This document shows positions 53,777 to 61,941 of a stretch of 64,000 nt of DNA, in pieces. This stretch comes from a virus (lineage: Duplodnaviria; Caudoviricetes), in IMG/VR virus record IMGVR_UViG_3300032334_001433, positions 1 through 64,000 of that record; one strand, 5' to 3'. The stretch's first letter is position 1. Every line of letters starts with the position of its first letter. Both the position numbers and the translations under genes were made by a program. Under the pieces are notes generated by a model. That model saw nothing but the letters and a program-made list of their open reading frames with translations, was not told the origin of the DNA and made no database searches.

Positions 53777-54685
53777 ATGAAAGTAGCAGTCAAATTCAAC
53801 AAAGCAAAGAATCGTTTCGAAGGATTCGTGGATGGCAAAATGGTAACACGTTCAAAGCATGAGATGTACGTCAAGAACGTTCTAGCTAGCATGGGTCTAG
53901 AGGTCGAAGAGTCCACAGGTCTCGTGAACAATCAGCCCAAGATTGACGAGTTTGGCATCAATAAGCGCTTTGAGTTCGTTCAGCAGATGGTCACAATGGT
54001 TGGTAAGAAGACTATTGCCTCAGCGATCATCACAGGTCAGGGTGGTCTGGGTAAGACGCACACAGTGTTGAAGTCGCTCAAGGCTCAGGGCTTGATCGAT
54101 ACTACAGACCTCGCCTCGTTCGAAGAGGGTTACAAGTTTAACTCTTCGAAGTCTTATCGTGTTGTCAAAGGTTACAGCACAGCAAAAGGTCTCTATCGTA
54201 CGTTGTTCGAGGGTAACGGACAAGTGCTCGTGTTCGACGACTGCGACAGTGTTCTCAAAGATCCCGTAGCGTTGAACTTGCTCAAGGGTGCCCTGGACTC
54301 TTACGGTGAGCGCTGGATCTCCTGGAACGCAGACATGAAAGACGAAGATCTGCCCCGTTCCTTCAAGTTCACAGGTTCCATTGTGTTCATCAGCAACATG
54401 GACGCTGATCGTATAGACCAAGCAGTGAAGACACGCGCTATGTGCGTTGACTTGTCCATGACACAGATGCAGAAGCTAGAGCGCATGGAAGTGATCATGA
54501 AAGAAGACGAATTCCTGCCTGAGTACAGCATTAATTTTAAGCAAGACGCTTTGAATTTGCTTAAAGAAGTAGCAAATACAGTAGACAATCTGTCTCTGCG
54601 TTCGTTGATTGCGGTGACGAAGATTCGCGCTGAGAATGAGAACTGGAAAGATCTGGCTCGTTACATCGTCAGTGCCGGGGCGTAA
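53777..54685 (+). CDS. P-loop (AAA+/SF3-like) ATPase
   Basis: Walker A GQGGLGKT, Walker B VLVFDDCD, IVFISN, R. Confidence 0.8.
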   Translation: MKVAVKFNKAKNRFEGFVDGKMVTRSKHEMYVKNVLASMGLEVEESTGLVNNQPKIDEFGINKRFEFVQQMVTMVGKKTIASAIITGQGGLGKTHTVLKSLKAQGLIDTTDLASFEEGYKFNSSKSYRVVKGYSTAKGLYRTLFEGNGQVLVFDDCDSVLKDPVALNLLKGALDSYGERWISWNADMKDEDLPRSFKFTGSIVFISNMDADRIDQAVKTRAMCVDLSMTQMQKLERMEVIMKEDEFLPEYSINFKQDALNLLKEVANTVDNLSLRSLIAVTKIRAENENWKDLARYIVSAGA

Positions 54686-54686
54686 A

Positions 54687-54740
54687 GCCCTACAGGGCAA
54701 AGGGTCTTTGCTTGACCCTCTGTCCATTATGTGCTATAAT
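54687..54740 (+). promoter_or_regulatory. stem-loop + sigma70 early promoter
   Basis: CCCT..AGGG; TTGACC 54712-17-TATAAT 54735. Confidence 0.8.
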
Positions 54741-54766
54741 CGAGACATAGTAACAAGGAAACCAAA

Positions 54767-54856
54767 ATGAAACGATTCGCTCTAGAACTCTTCCAAGCAA
54801 CAGTCTTCGCAGCGACAATGTTCGCAGCTTTCATCATCTACTTCTACGCAATGTAA
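54767..54856 (+). CDS. 29-aa hydrophobic peptide (not in track)
   Basis: AAGGA SD; MKRFALELFQATVFAATMFAAFIIYFYAM. Confidence 0.6.
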   Translation: MKRFALELFQATVFAATMFAAFIIYFYAM

Positions 54857-54857
54857 T

Positions 54858-55076
54858 ATGACTACGAAATACACTAGAGAACAGATCAATAAAGTCCTTG
54901 ATACCTTCGTAGAGACAAGCTACGAACACTGGGGCTTCTACTCCTACTCTGCTGGTGCTCTACAGAGCCAGCTAACTACTCTACTCGCGGACATGCCAAA
55001 GCATAAGCAAGCAGAAGTGTTGAACGTATTCATAAAAATGACAGAGAAATATAGTAAAGAAAAGGAATCTGTATGA
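54858..55076 (+). CDS. hypothetical protein
   Basis: YSYSAG.L.S. Confidence 0.65.
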   Translation: MTTKYTREQINKVLDTFVETSYEHWGFYSYSAGALQSQLTTLLADMPKHKQAEVLNVFIKMTEKYSKEKESV

Positions 55077-55258
55077 GCAAAATGAAGGATCTATTCATCG
55101 AAATCGAAGTTTTGTATGACGCAGGCATCTCAGAGACGGAGATCGCCAGACGCTTGAATATACCCTTAGGGGCGGTTCGGGCGGTGACAGATGCCGTGGA
55201 CGAGATGGCATACCATGTAGATATGCGCGAAGGGTACGACCGCGAGGTTATGGTATAG
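55073..55258 (+). CDS. small HTH-like protein
   Basis: LYDAG.SETEIARRLNIP...V. Confidence 0.65.
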   Translation: MSKMKDLFIEIEVLYDAGISETEIARRLNIPLGAVRAVTDAVDEMAYHVDMREGYDREVMV

Positions 55259-55572
55259 TCTTAGAGGGGCTGGCGGGTACCTAGGGGGTACCCTCAATTA
55301 TAAGTCAGCACCCCTCGCTGCTATATCCTCAGCTTATGCCCCTCCACCTTATATCAACACTTATCCATTTCTCCCTACGGCTCTCCACTCTTATCTCAAA
55401 AAAATTTCCCCCAGAAAAATTTCCCCAGAAAAACAACACTAAAAAGAGTTCCTCTATTCCTACTCTATCGATACTCTACCCCTACACTATGACGTTTATT
55501 AATATATACTAGATAGAAGCCATAAACTACACTAATCGTTTCTATACTATACTACACTATAAGGAGATCTGT
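55259..55572. other. non-coding, strand-skewed segment with cruciform and direct repeats
   Basis: GGGTACC-taggg-GGTACCC (55275-55293); C-rich/G-poor plus strand from ~55300; AAAAATTTCCCC(C)AG twice (55400-55428). Confidence 0.7.
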
Positions 55573-55875
55573 ATGTCATCTGAAGAACAAAAATTCTTAC
55601 ACTCTCAACGCATTTTAAAGAAAGATGCATCTATACGTAGACAAACAAAGATCGCGAAGACATTTGGAGTAGATCGTTACATTAAAGAGCCTCATCGTTT
55701 GGCTAAGCATCATGCTCTGGATTGTGGGCATGCTGGCTGCATGATCTGTTCAAATGGTCGAAAGACTCATGGTGAACTTACTGTGCAGGAAAAACGTATG
55801 TTTCAGGATAAACTACACTTTGAACCAGTTGATTCTGTTGACGAGATTCTTGAAGAAGAGGCTTTCAAACGTTGA
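55573..55875 (+). CDS. conserved phage hypothetical protein
   Basis: EPHRLAKHHALDCG...C..C.N.RK...ELT.QE.R; AAGGAG SD. Confidence 0.75.
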   Translation: MSSEEQKFLHSQRILKKDASIRRQTKIAKTFGVDRYIKEPHRLAKHHALDCGHAGCMICSNGRKTHGELTVQEKRMFQDKLHFEPVDSVDEILEEEAFKR

Positions 55876-55899
55876 AAATACCAAGATGAACAAAGACGC

Positions 55900-55928
55900 T
55901 TGACACTTAACAGAAAAGATGTTATAAT
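55900..55928 (+). promoter_or_regulatory. sigma70 promoter (leaderless)
   Basis: TTGACA-17-TATAAT, ATG 55935 at +1. Confidence 0.85.
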
Positions 55929-55934
55929 AGTACT

Positions 55935-56123
55935 ATGAATGCCAAAGAACGATTAGAAACAGTCGAGGACCTTAAGGGTCTTTTAAAGCTCTTGAACGAG
56001 GGTAAGTACTGGGACGGACGCAGTTGGATCTATCAACTTATTATTCCGCATCGGTTCGTGCCGTATATCGACGGACTAGAAAAAGCAATTAAACTACTGG
56101 ACGATACCGAAGATGAACTATAA
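55935..56123 (+). CDS. hypothetical protein
   Basis: Starts at predicted TSS. Confidence 0.6.
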   Translation: MNAKERLETVEDLKGLLKLLNEGKYWDGRSWIYQLIIPHRFVPYIDGLEKAIKLLDDTEDEL

Positions 56124-56595
56124 ACAAGACTCCGAAACTGGAGAATTCGATATTAACTACGATAACATTATTAAGAACAAAGAATGTTTATCCATAACTA
56201 GAATCTTGGCAGCTGATCTGCAGGCCAATCCATACTACACCGTCGGACAGTTTCTAAAGAATCTAAACGACGTTGATCTGGCCGAACTGAATAATATCGT
56301 GAACTGTAACTTCAAAGCCGATCTTGACGATGTCGACGATGAGGAAGAACGCGAGACTGATCCTCGAATGGCCGATATCGTACTGTTGGCTGAGATGTTG
56401 TCAAGAGGTGAGGATGTCGTATCCAAATCCGACGAAGAACTTTTGACCAAAGTAAACCAGTTCATGATCTTTATCTCCATCGAGAGCCTACGTCGAAAAG
56501 GTATGGTTGAGGCATATCATTCCAATATGACATTCGGCGATGATGGAAACGAGAGAGTGATCGTAAAGAAACTAACTGATTTAGACGAAGACTAA
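56113..56595 (+). CDS. hypothetical acidic protein
   Basis: 160 aa, operon packing. Confidence 0.7.
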   Translation: MNYKQDSETGEFDINYDNIIKNKECLSITRILAADLQANPYYTVGQFLKNLNDVDLAELNNIVNCNFKADLDDVDDEEERETDPRMADIVLLAEMLSRGEDVVSKSDEELLTKVNQFMIFISIESLRRKGMVEAYHSNMTFGDDGNERVIVKKLTDLDED

Positions 56596-56609
56596 TAGGA
56601 ACTAATATA

Positions 56610-56927
56610 ATGAGTAAACTTGAACAATTCTCCCGTCCGTGCGAGACATTTGATCCAACCAATAAACATCATAGAGAAATCTTTCACGCTGCCCTGCGGC
56701 ATCGTTCATGGGGCCGTTCTCCCATTCGATTCTGGTTAATCGAAGAAACTACTAGTTTGATGGATCAGTGTACTAAGAAGATGGCTCGTTATTATATGGA
56801 AAAAGAATTCGGCAAAATTGACGAAAAAACAACAGCTGACGAAATCAAAATTATCAAAGACTATAAAGAGGCATCTATTGATCCAAGTCGCTTGACAAGA
56901 ACAACATATGGTGTTATAATAGACTAA
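56610..56927 (+). CDS. hypothetical protein
   Basis: FDP.N..HR......SWG..P.RF...YY..KEF. Confidence 0.7.
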   Translation: MSKLEQFSRPCETFDPTNKHHREIFHAALRHRSWGRSPIRFWLIEETTSLMDQCTKKMARYYMEKEFGKIDEKTTADEIKIIKDYKEASIDPSRLTRTTYGVIID

Positions 56928-56949
56928 GTAACAACAGCATAGGACTAAC

Positions 56950-58041
56950 ATGGCGCGAAATACATCTGCACTTTCCGGTAACGAACCTGACGTATCTTTG
57001 ATTGACGGTACTGATTCACAGTACAATATCAAGTTGATGCGTGTCATGAACTGGTATTCTGCAGAGAAGCTGAAGAGCGATGCTCGAAAGTATATCCGGG
57101 ATTATGTTAAGGCAAAGATGCCAACCGAACTAAAGACTTTCGACGAAGTAAAAGATGTCGAGATTGTAAATACCTATGGTTGGATTTCCCGTGTTATTAT
57201 GCTAGGTGGTTCTATTTCTGATAATCATCTTGTAAAGTTTAATAATTACATTCGTAGGATTCTAGATTCAACCGTTAAGGTAGAAGAACCTGTAGTACAA
57301 GTTGTAACTACATCCGCTCCTCGAGCATCTATTCAAGATGCAATGAAAGAAAAGATCTCTGAGTATATCGGAGAACTAGAAGGTTGCTTGGACAAGATGG
57401 TTCGAGACAAGGAAGATTTCTCATTGTATAAACATATGCAAGCAAATCATATTCCAAAGCCATATGTTGCAGATGTTAAAGAATGGTCTAAGAAGAATCT
57501 CAGAGAGTTTATTGCTGCGTATGAAGGTAAAGATGCTCAGTTGAATGAGGGATATTCCTTTTTGCAGAAACGTGAGCTAAAAGCTATCGTTAAAACACTG
57601 GCTCAATGTATTGAGGATTGTGATAAATATTCAGAATTCAAGAAAGCAAATCGCAAGCCTCGAGTGTCCAAACCGAAAGCACCGGGCATTCAAATCAAAG
57701 CTTTGAAGTTTAAACGTTCTGATACCGAACTTGGTCTGCAGTCTGTATCTGCAACAGAGATCATTGGTGCTCAACAAGCATGGTTCTACAATACAAAGAC
57801 TCGTAAGTTGATAGTATATCGTTCGGAATCAGGGTTTCAGGTTAAAGGTTCAAGTATTCAGAACTACGAACCAGAACAGTCTATTCAAAAGACTTTGCGT
57901 AAACCTGCAGAACAGATTAAGGCAATGATGGCTTGTGGTAAAGTACAACTAAGAAAATTTATGGATACGATTAATGCCAAAGATCAACCAGCAAATGGTC
58001 GTATCAATGCAGAAATGATTATCCTAAAAGCTATTAAATAG
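56950..58041 (+). CDS. conserved T4-like hypothetical protein
   Basis: NWY...; IIGA..W.YN.K.RKL..Y...VKG..I.N.....S..K.LRKP...GR.N...I.LK. Confidence 0.8.
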   Translation: MARNTSALSGNEPDVSLIDGTDSQYNIKLMRVMNWYSAEKLKSDARKYIRDYVKAKMPTELKTFDEVKDVEIVNTYGWISRVIMLGGSISDNHLVKFNNYIRRILDSTVKVEEPVVQVVTTSAPRASIQDAMKEKISEYIGELEGCLDKMVRDKEDFSLYKHMQANHIPKPYVADVKEWSKKNLREFIAAYEGKDAQLNEGYSFLQKRELKAIVKTLAQCIEDCDKYSEFKKANRKPRVSKPKAPGIQIKALKFKRSDTELGLQSVSATEIIGAQQAWFYNTKTRKLIVYRSESGFQVKGSSIQNYEPEQSIQKTLRKPAEQIKAMMACGKVQLRKFMDTINAKDQPANGRINAEMIILKAIK

Positions 58042-58051
58042 AAAGACCTTA

Positions 58052-58954
58052 ATGTCATTATCACTATCATATTGTCAACTAATAAGAATTGTTCTTGCAC
58101 AAATGGGCGGAAGCCCAGTTCAACAAATTTTCAACGAAACTTCTGGCGGCGCTCAAAAGATTATTAAAAGCTTAGGTATACCAGGAGCAGCAGAATTTGG
58201 CGAAGCAGCAGCATTAGCAGAATTTACACAACAAATTGTTGCACAGGTAAAACTAGTTTCCAGCGAAATTAATAATGCAACTGTAATTGCACAACAATTC
58301 TTTCATAATCCCGTAGCAGAGGGACTAGGAACAATTAATACAACTATTCAAACTAGGATTGATTACCTTTCAGCAATTGAATCTAAAACAGCCGATCAAA
58401 CAGATGAACTGGCACATTTGCAGGAAGTTAAACCTAAATTAACTAGTTTCTTAACATACACAAATCAATTATCTGGACAATCAACAGGTGGCGGCGGATT
58501 TGCTGGAGGATGTACTTTAGCAGATCTAATGGGATCTGGATGTAGTAAATCTGCAGATGTTCCTGATGTAGATTTACAAACAATTGTCGATGGATTTAAT
58601 AGTGGCGCAATTATAACTGCAGCAAAAGATAAATTGATTAAAGCAGTTGCGGATGGTACAGGATATACTGGGGCAGTTGCAGCATTACAAGATTTAAACT
58701 CTGCAGTAGTAAATTTTAATAATGTTATTGAAAACAAACTAAACGAAAAGATTATTACTGCAGCAGTTGAACAATTCATTGTTGGATTGGCTTTTGATTT
58801 GCTATCAGGATGCAACAGCAAGTTAATGAATGCAATTGTTAATCCTACTGCTAAAGCGGCAATTACCCCGTTTGTAGAATACCAACAAAAAATTAGAAAT
58901 GGCGAATTGCCTGCGGGTGGTGTATCTCCTGCAAATACTACAATGAATACTTAA
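58052..58954 (+). CDS. hypothetical helical protein
   Basis: 300-aa ORF, no recognised motif. Confidence 0.75.
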   Translation: MSLSLSYCQLIRIVLAQMGGSPVQQIFNETSGGAQKIIKSLGIPGAAEFGEAAALAEFTQQIVAQVKLVSSEINNATVIAQQFFHNPVAEGLGTINTTIQTRIDYLSAIESKTADQTDELAHLQEVKPKLTSFLTYTNQLSGQSTGGGGFAGGCTLADLMGSGCSKSADVPDVDLQTIVDGFNSGAIITAAKDKLIKAVADGTGYTGAVAALQDLNSAVVNFNNVIENKLNEKIITAAVEQFIVGLAFDLLSGCNSKLMNAIVNPTAKAAITPFVEYQQKIRNGELPAGGVSPANTTMNT

Positions 58955-58969
58955 TAAAAAGGATATATT

Positions 58970-59857
58970 ATGATTGTTGTTGATTATAGCCAAACGGCTA
59001 TCTCAAATTTTATGGCTGAAATTGGAGGACGTAAAGATATTGAAGTACAGACTCCGCTTCTTCGACATATGATTTTAAATTCGATACGAGGATATAAACA
59101 AAGGTTTGGAAAAGAATATGGTCAAATTGTTATTGCGTGTGACAATCGAACATACTGGCGTCGTCAAGTATTCCAATACTACAAAGCTGGTCGCAAAAAA
59201 GCTCGAGAAGATTCTGGTCTAGATTGGAAGGCAATCTTTGAATCACTTGATCTTATTCGTAATGAAATCAATGCATTCTTTCCATATAAGGTTGTTAATG
59301 TCGAAGGTGCAGAAGCAGATGACGTTATTGCTATTTTGGCAGAGTGGTCTCAGACTAATGATTTGCGCGAAGGTTCTGTCTTTGACGATGATCCAAAGCC
59401 ATTCCTAATTATCTCAGGCGATCACGATTTCATTCAACTACAAAAGTATAAGAATGTGAAACAGTATTCGCCAATTCAAAAGAAATTTGTTAAACCGGAT
59501 AACTCGCCAGAACAGTATTTGTTTGAGCATACTATTAAAGGCGATAAAGGTGACGGCATTCCAAATGTTCTTTCTGCGGATGATTCTATTGTTGCCGGTG
59601 AACGACAAAAGCCGGTTTCATCTAAGAAATTAGAAGCTTGGTACAAAGACCAAAGCACGTTGCCAAATGATGCAGAATTTAAAACTAGATTTGAACGAAA
59701 TAAAACACTTGTTGATTTTGCATATATTCCTGAAGATCTTAAAAACGCCGTTATAAATAACTACGTAGAGCAGCCCGTAAAAAACAAAAGTATGCTTTTG
59801 AATTTTTTCGTTGAACATAAAATGAAAAACATGCTAGAATTGATTGAGGAATTTTAA
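58970..59857 (+). CDS. rnh: T4-like RNase H (5'-3' exonuclease)
   Basis: VDYSQ, IVIACD, YWRR, YKA.RKK, EADDVIA, SGDHDF.QL, GD..DGIPN. Confidence 0.95.
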   Translation: MIVVDYSQTAISNFMAEIGGRKDIEVQTPLLRHMILNSIRGYKQRFGKEYGQIVIACDNRTYWRRQVFQYYKAGRKKAREDSGLDWKAIFESLDLIRNEINAFFPYKVVNVEGAEADDVIAILAEWSQTNDLREGSVFDDDPKPFLIISGDHDFIQLQKYKNVKQYSPIQKKFVKPDNSPEQYLFEHTIKGDKGDGIPNVLSADDSIVAGERQKPVSSKKLEAWYKDQSTLPNDAEFKTRFERNKTLVDFAYIPEDLKNAVINNYVEQPVKNKSMLLNFFVEHKMKNMLELIEEF

Positions 59858-60345
59858 TGAAAACAACAATACCACAAATCTTTGCCGAAGTTGAGAAAGC
59901 TCAAACTAAACAGGCAAAAGTAAATGTTTTGCGCGCATATAGTCATCCTGTACTTATAGGTATGTTGCAGATTAATTTCAACCCAGATGTTAAACTGCAC
60001 TTACCCGAAGGACATCCTCCGCATAAAAGAGATCAAACTATACCCGAAGGATATTCTGAAACTAATTTGTTTGCAGAATTTCGTCGTATGTATATTTGGC
60101 TCGATCCAAATATTAACCTTACAAAAATGAAGAAAGAACAACTCTTTATTCAAATGCTTGAAGGTATTCATTGGACCGAAGGAGATGATTTGTGTCTTGC
60201 AAAAGATAAAAAATTGCAAACAAAATACCCCTCACTAAAAGAAGACATTGTTCGAGAAGCTTTCCCTGATGCATTGCCCCCTCCTAAACCAAAGGAGAAA
60301 AAGGAACCAGTAGCAAAAAAAGAGAAAGTCTCTTTGAAAGATTGA
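59857..60345 (+). CDS. conserved T4-like hypothetical protein downstream of rnh
   Basis: LPEG.PP...L..E.R.MY...K.EQLFIQMLEG.H..E. Confidence 0.8.
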   Translation: MKTTIPQIFAEVEKAQTKQAKVNVLRAYSHPVLIGMLQINFNPDVKLHLPEGHPPHKRDQTIPEGYSETNLFAEFRRMYIWLDPNINLTKMKKEQLFIQMLEGIHWTEGDDLCLAKDKKLQTKYPSLKEDIVREAFPDALPPPKPKEKKEPVAKKEKVSLKD

Positions 60346-60494
60346 CTCGGTTCTTCAAACGAGACATATCTGAACCTGAACCGGTCGTCAGTAAATGGTT
60401 AGATCAAGGAGAAATGCCAAATGATCCAAATCATGATCCTAGACTAATGAGACATCATAAGTACAGAGCATTTGATAAGTATTGAAAATAATGC

Positions 60495-60523
60495 TTGACA
60501 ATTGCTCTAAAAGATGTTATAAT
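60495..60523 (+). promoter_or_regulatory. sigma70 promoter
   Basis: TTGACA-17-TATAAT with TG extension. Confidence 0.85.
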
Positions 60524-60543
60524 TATATTATGGAGATCTTATT

Positions 60544-60933
60544 ATGACTATGCACCTTATTGGACCTTGGCTTTCTACAAACGGAAAGAAAAAAGGTAAA
60601 GTTAAATTTAAAAGCGCCGAAGAGGCTAAACGTGCGCGGCAACTTGATAAAGAATGGGTTGCTATGAAAAAGAAGTGGGGCGTTGAAGCAGAAGAGAAAA
60701 AACGTAAGCAGGCAATGTCTGCAGAAGTTTTGAAATATTCTCTTGACATTCCTGCAGGGCGTAGTACTGCCCACATCAAAAGTCTTAATCAAGACAACGG
60801 AGTTGCTGTTCTAGCACCCGCAAAAAAATATACAGGAACTAAAGTATTGGGTATTGGTACGATGCATAAATCTAACGCAGTACCTATCTTTAGTGATGAC
60901 GAAGCAAAAGAAATTTCATCTATGAGGCGATAA
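60544..60933 (+). CDS. conserved phage hypothetical protein
   Basis: YTG..V.GIGTMHKSNAVP...A.EIS.MRR. Confidence 0.8.
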   Translation: MTMHLIGPWLSTNGKKKGKVKFKSAEEAKRARQLDKEWVAMKKKWGVEAEEKKRKQAMSAEVLKYSLDIPAGRSTAHIKSLNQDNGVAVLAPAKKYTGTKVLGIGTMHKSNAVPIFSDDEAKEISSMRR

Positions 60934-61277
60934 TGAGTATAACAACACGCAATTGGGGATATTATAATGTATTATATACCTACGGAAAAGAAGTTAAACT
61001 TAAAGAATTAACTATAGATCCCGGTAAATGTTTAAGTATGCAAAAACACAAAGATAGAGCAGAACATTGGTTTGTTGCTGAAGGTACTGCAACAGTCTAT
61101 ACTTTGGATGTTAGCACAGATGTTGAGCTATATGGAGTATTTGATAAATTTCAAAGCCTACATATACGCAAAGAAGAGTGGCACCAACTTTGCAACGAAA
61201 CTGATGCACCATTGAAAATTATTGAAATCCAGTATGGATATAATTGTATTGAAGATGATATTATAAGGAAAAATTAA
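60933..61277 (+). CDS. cupin, mannose-6-phosphate isomerase C-terminal-like
   Basis: R.WG.Y..L, LSMQKH..RAEHW.V..G.A, WHQL.N, L.IIEIQYG....EDDI.R. Confidence 0.85.
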   Translation: MSITTRNWGYYNVLYTYGKEVKLKELTIDPGKCLSMQKHKDRAEHWFVAEGTATVYTLDVSTDVELYGVFDKFQSLHIRKEEWHQLCNETDAPLKIIEIQYGYNCIEDDIIRKN

Positions 61278-61279
61278 TT

Positions 61280-61555
61280 ATGGCAGGTATTCCATCAAAC
61301 CCAAAAGATCGTAAAGAAATCTTTGATTGTATGAAAGAAATTTCAAATAGTATGACTCGCATGGAAGGCGAACGCGAATTCATCCGTGAAGCAATTAAAG
61401 AAATTTGTGATAAACAAGAACTTAGTAAAAAGACATTTCGTCGTATGGCTAAAGTATATCACAAACAAAATTTTAGCAAAGAAATTGAAGAACACGAAGA
61501 ATTTGAAACAATGTACGAAACTATTACAAATTCTACAACAATGGCAAGTGCATGA
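61280..61555 (+). CDS. dsbA: T4 DsbA-like dsDNA-binding protein
   Basis: E.S......E......I.......K.F......YHKQN...E.EE.E..Y.T pattern as T4 DsbA (not the disulfide oxidoreductase). Confidence 0.65.
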   Translation: MAGIPSNPKDRKEIFDCMKEISNSMTRMEGEREFIREAIKEICDKQELSKKTFRRMAKVYHKQNFSKEIEEHEEFETMYETITNSTTMASA

Positions 61556-61740
61556 TTCGATATATACTAGAAGCAACCTGGCGTGACAAAATTGGTCGCA
61601 ATAAAAAGCAATCAATCGTTGGCGTATATGCCAGTGTTAAAGATATTGAAAAAGCCAAAGAAAAAGTAATTAACGCCCCGCATCGTTATAAGAGTGTTAC
61701 CTTTAACGTAAATGTGGAAGAACATCCATTTTTTGCCTAA
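61552..61740 (+). CDS. hypothetical protein
   Basis: ATGA overlap. Confidence 0.55.
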   Translation: MIRYILEATWRDKIGRNKKQSIVGVYASVKDIEKAKEKVINAPHRYKSVTFNVNVEEHPFFA

Positions 61741-61759
61741 ATTTTAAGCAACCCTATGC

Positions 61760-61788
61760 TTGACACGAGTACTATTTTCTGTTATAAT
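61760..61788 (+). promoter_or_regulatory. sigma70 promoter (leaderless)
   Basis: TTGACA-17-TATAAT, ATG 61795 at +1. Confidence 0.85.
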
Positions 61789-61794
61789 AGAGAC

Positions 61795-61941
61795 ATGAAA
61801 CAAGTAAAAAAACTTCCTGTTAGAAATTTTGTTGCGAAAGATCTTCGTACACCAAAATATCGTCTGAAAGTTGTTGAACTTAAAACTCGTTACAAACGTA
61901 AGGCAAAAACTCAAAATGACTACAATCTCCAATATCTTTGA
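61795..61941 (+). CDS. 48-aa basic ArfA-like peptide
   Basis: NFVAKDLRTPKYRLKVV...YKRKAK resembles ArfA NAIEALLHDPLFRQRVE...YMRKGK. Confidence 0.5.
   Translation: MKQVKKLPVRNFVAKDLRTPKYRLKVVELKTRYKRKAKTQNDYNLQYL

Noticed and set aside
47259-55572. tRNA or other known ncRNA genes in the larger gaps
   Set aside because: No T-loop GTTCRA/cloverleaf arrangement found by eye; tRNAscan/Infernal not run
46630-61788. Recurrent 30-60 nt repeats as a CRISPR-like array
   Set aside because: Spacing is irregular (0.5-3 kb), repeats are imperfect and match sigma70 promoter geometry; no cas genes
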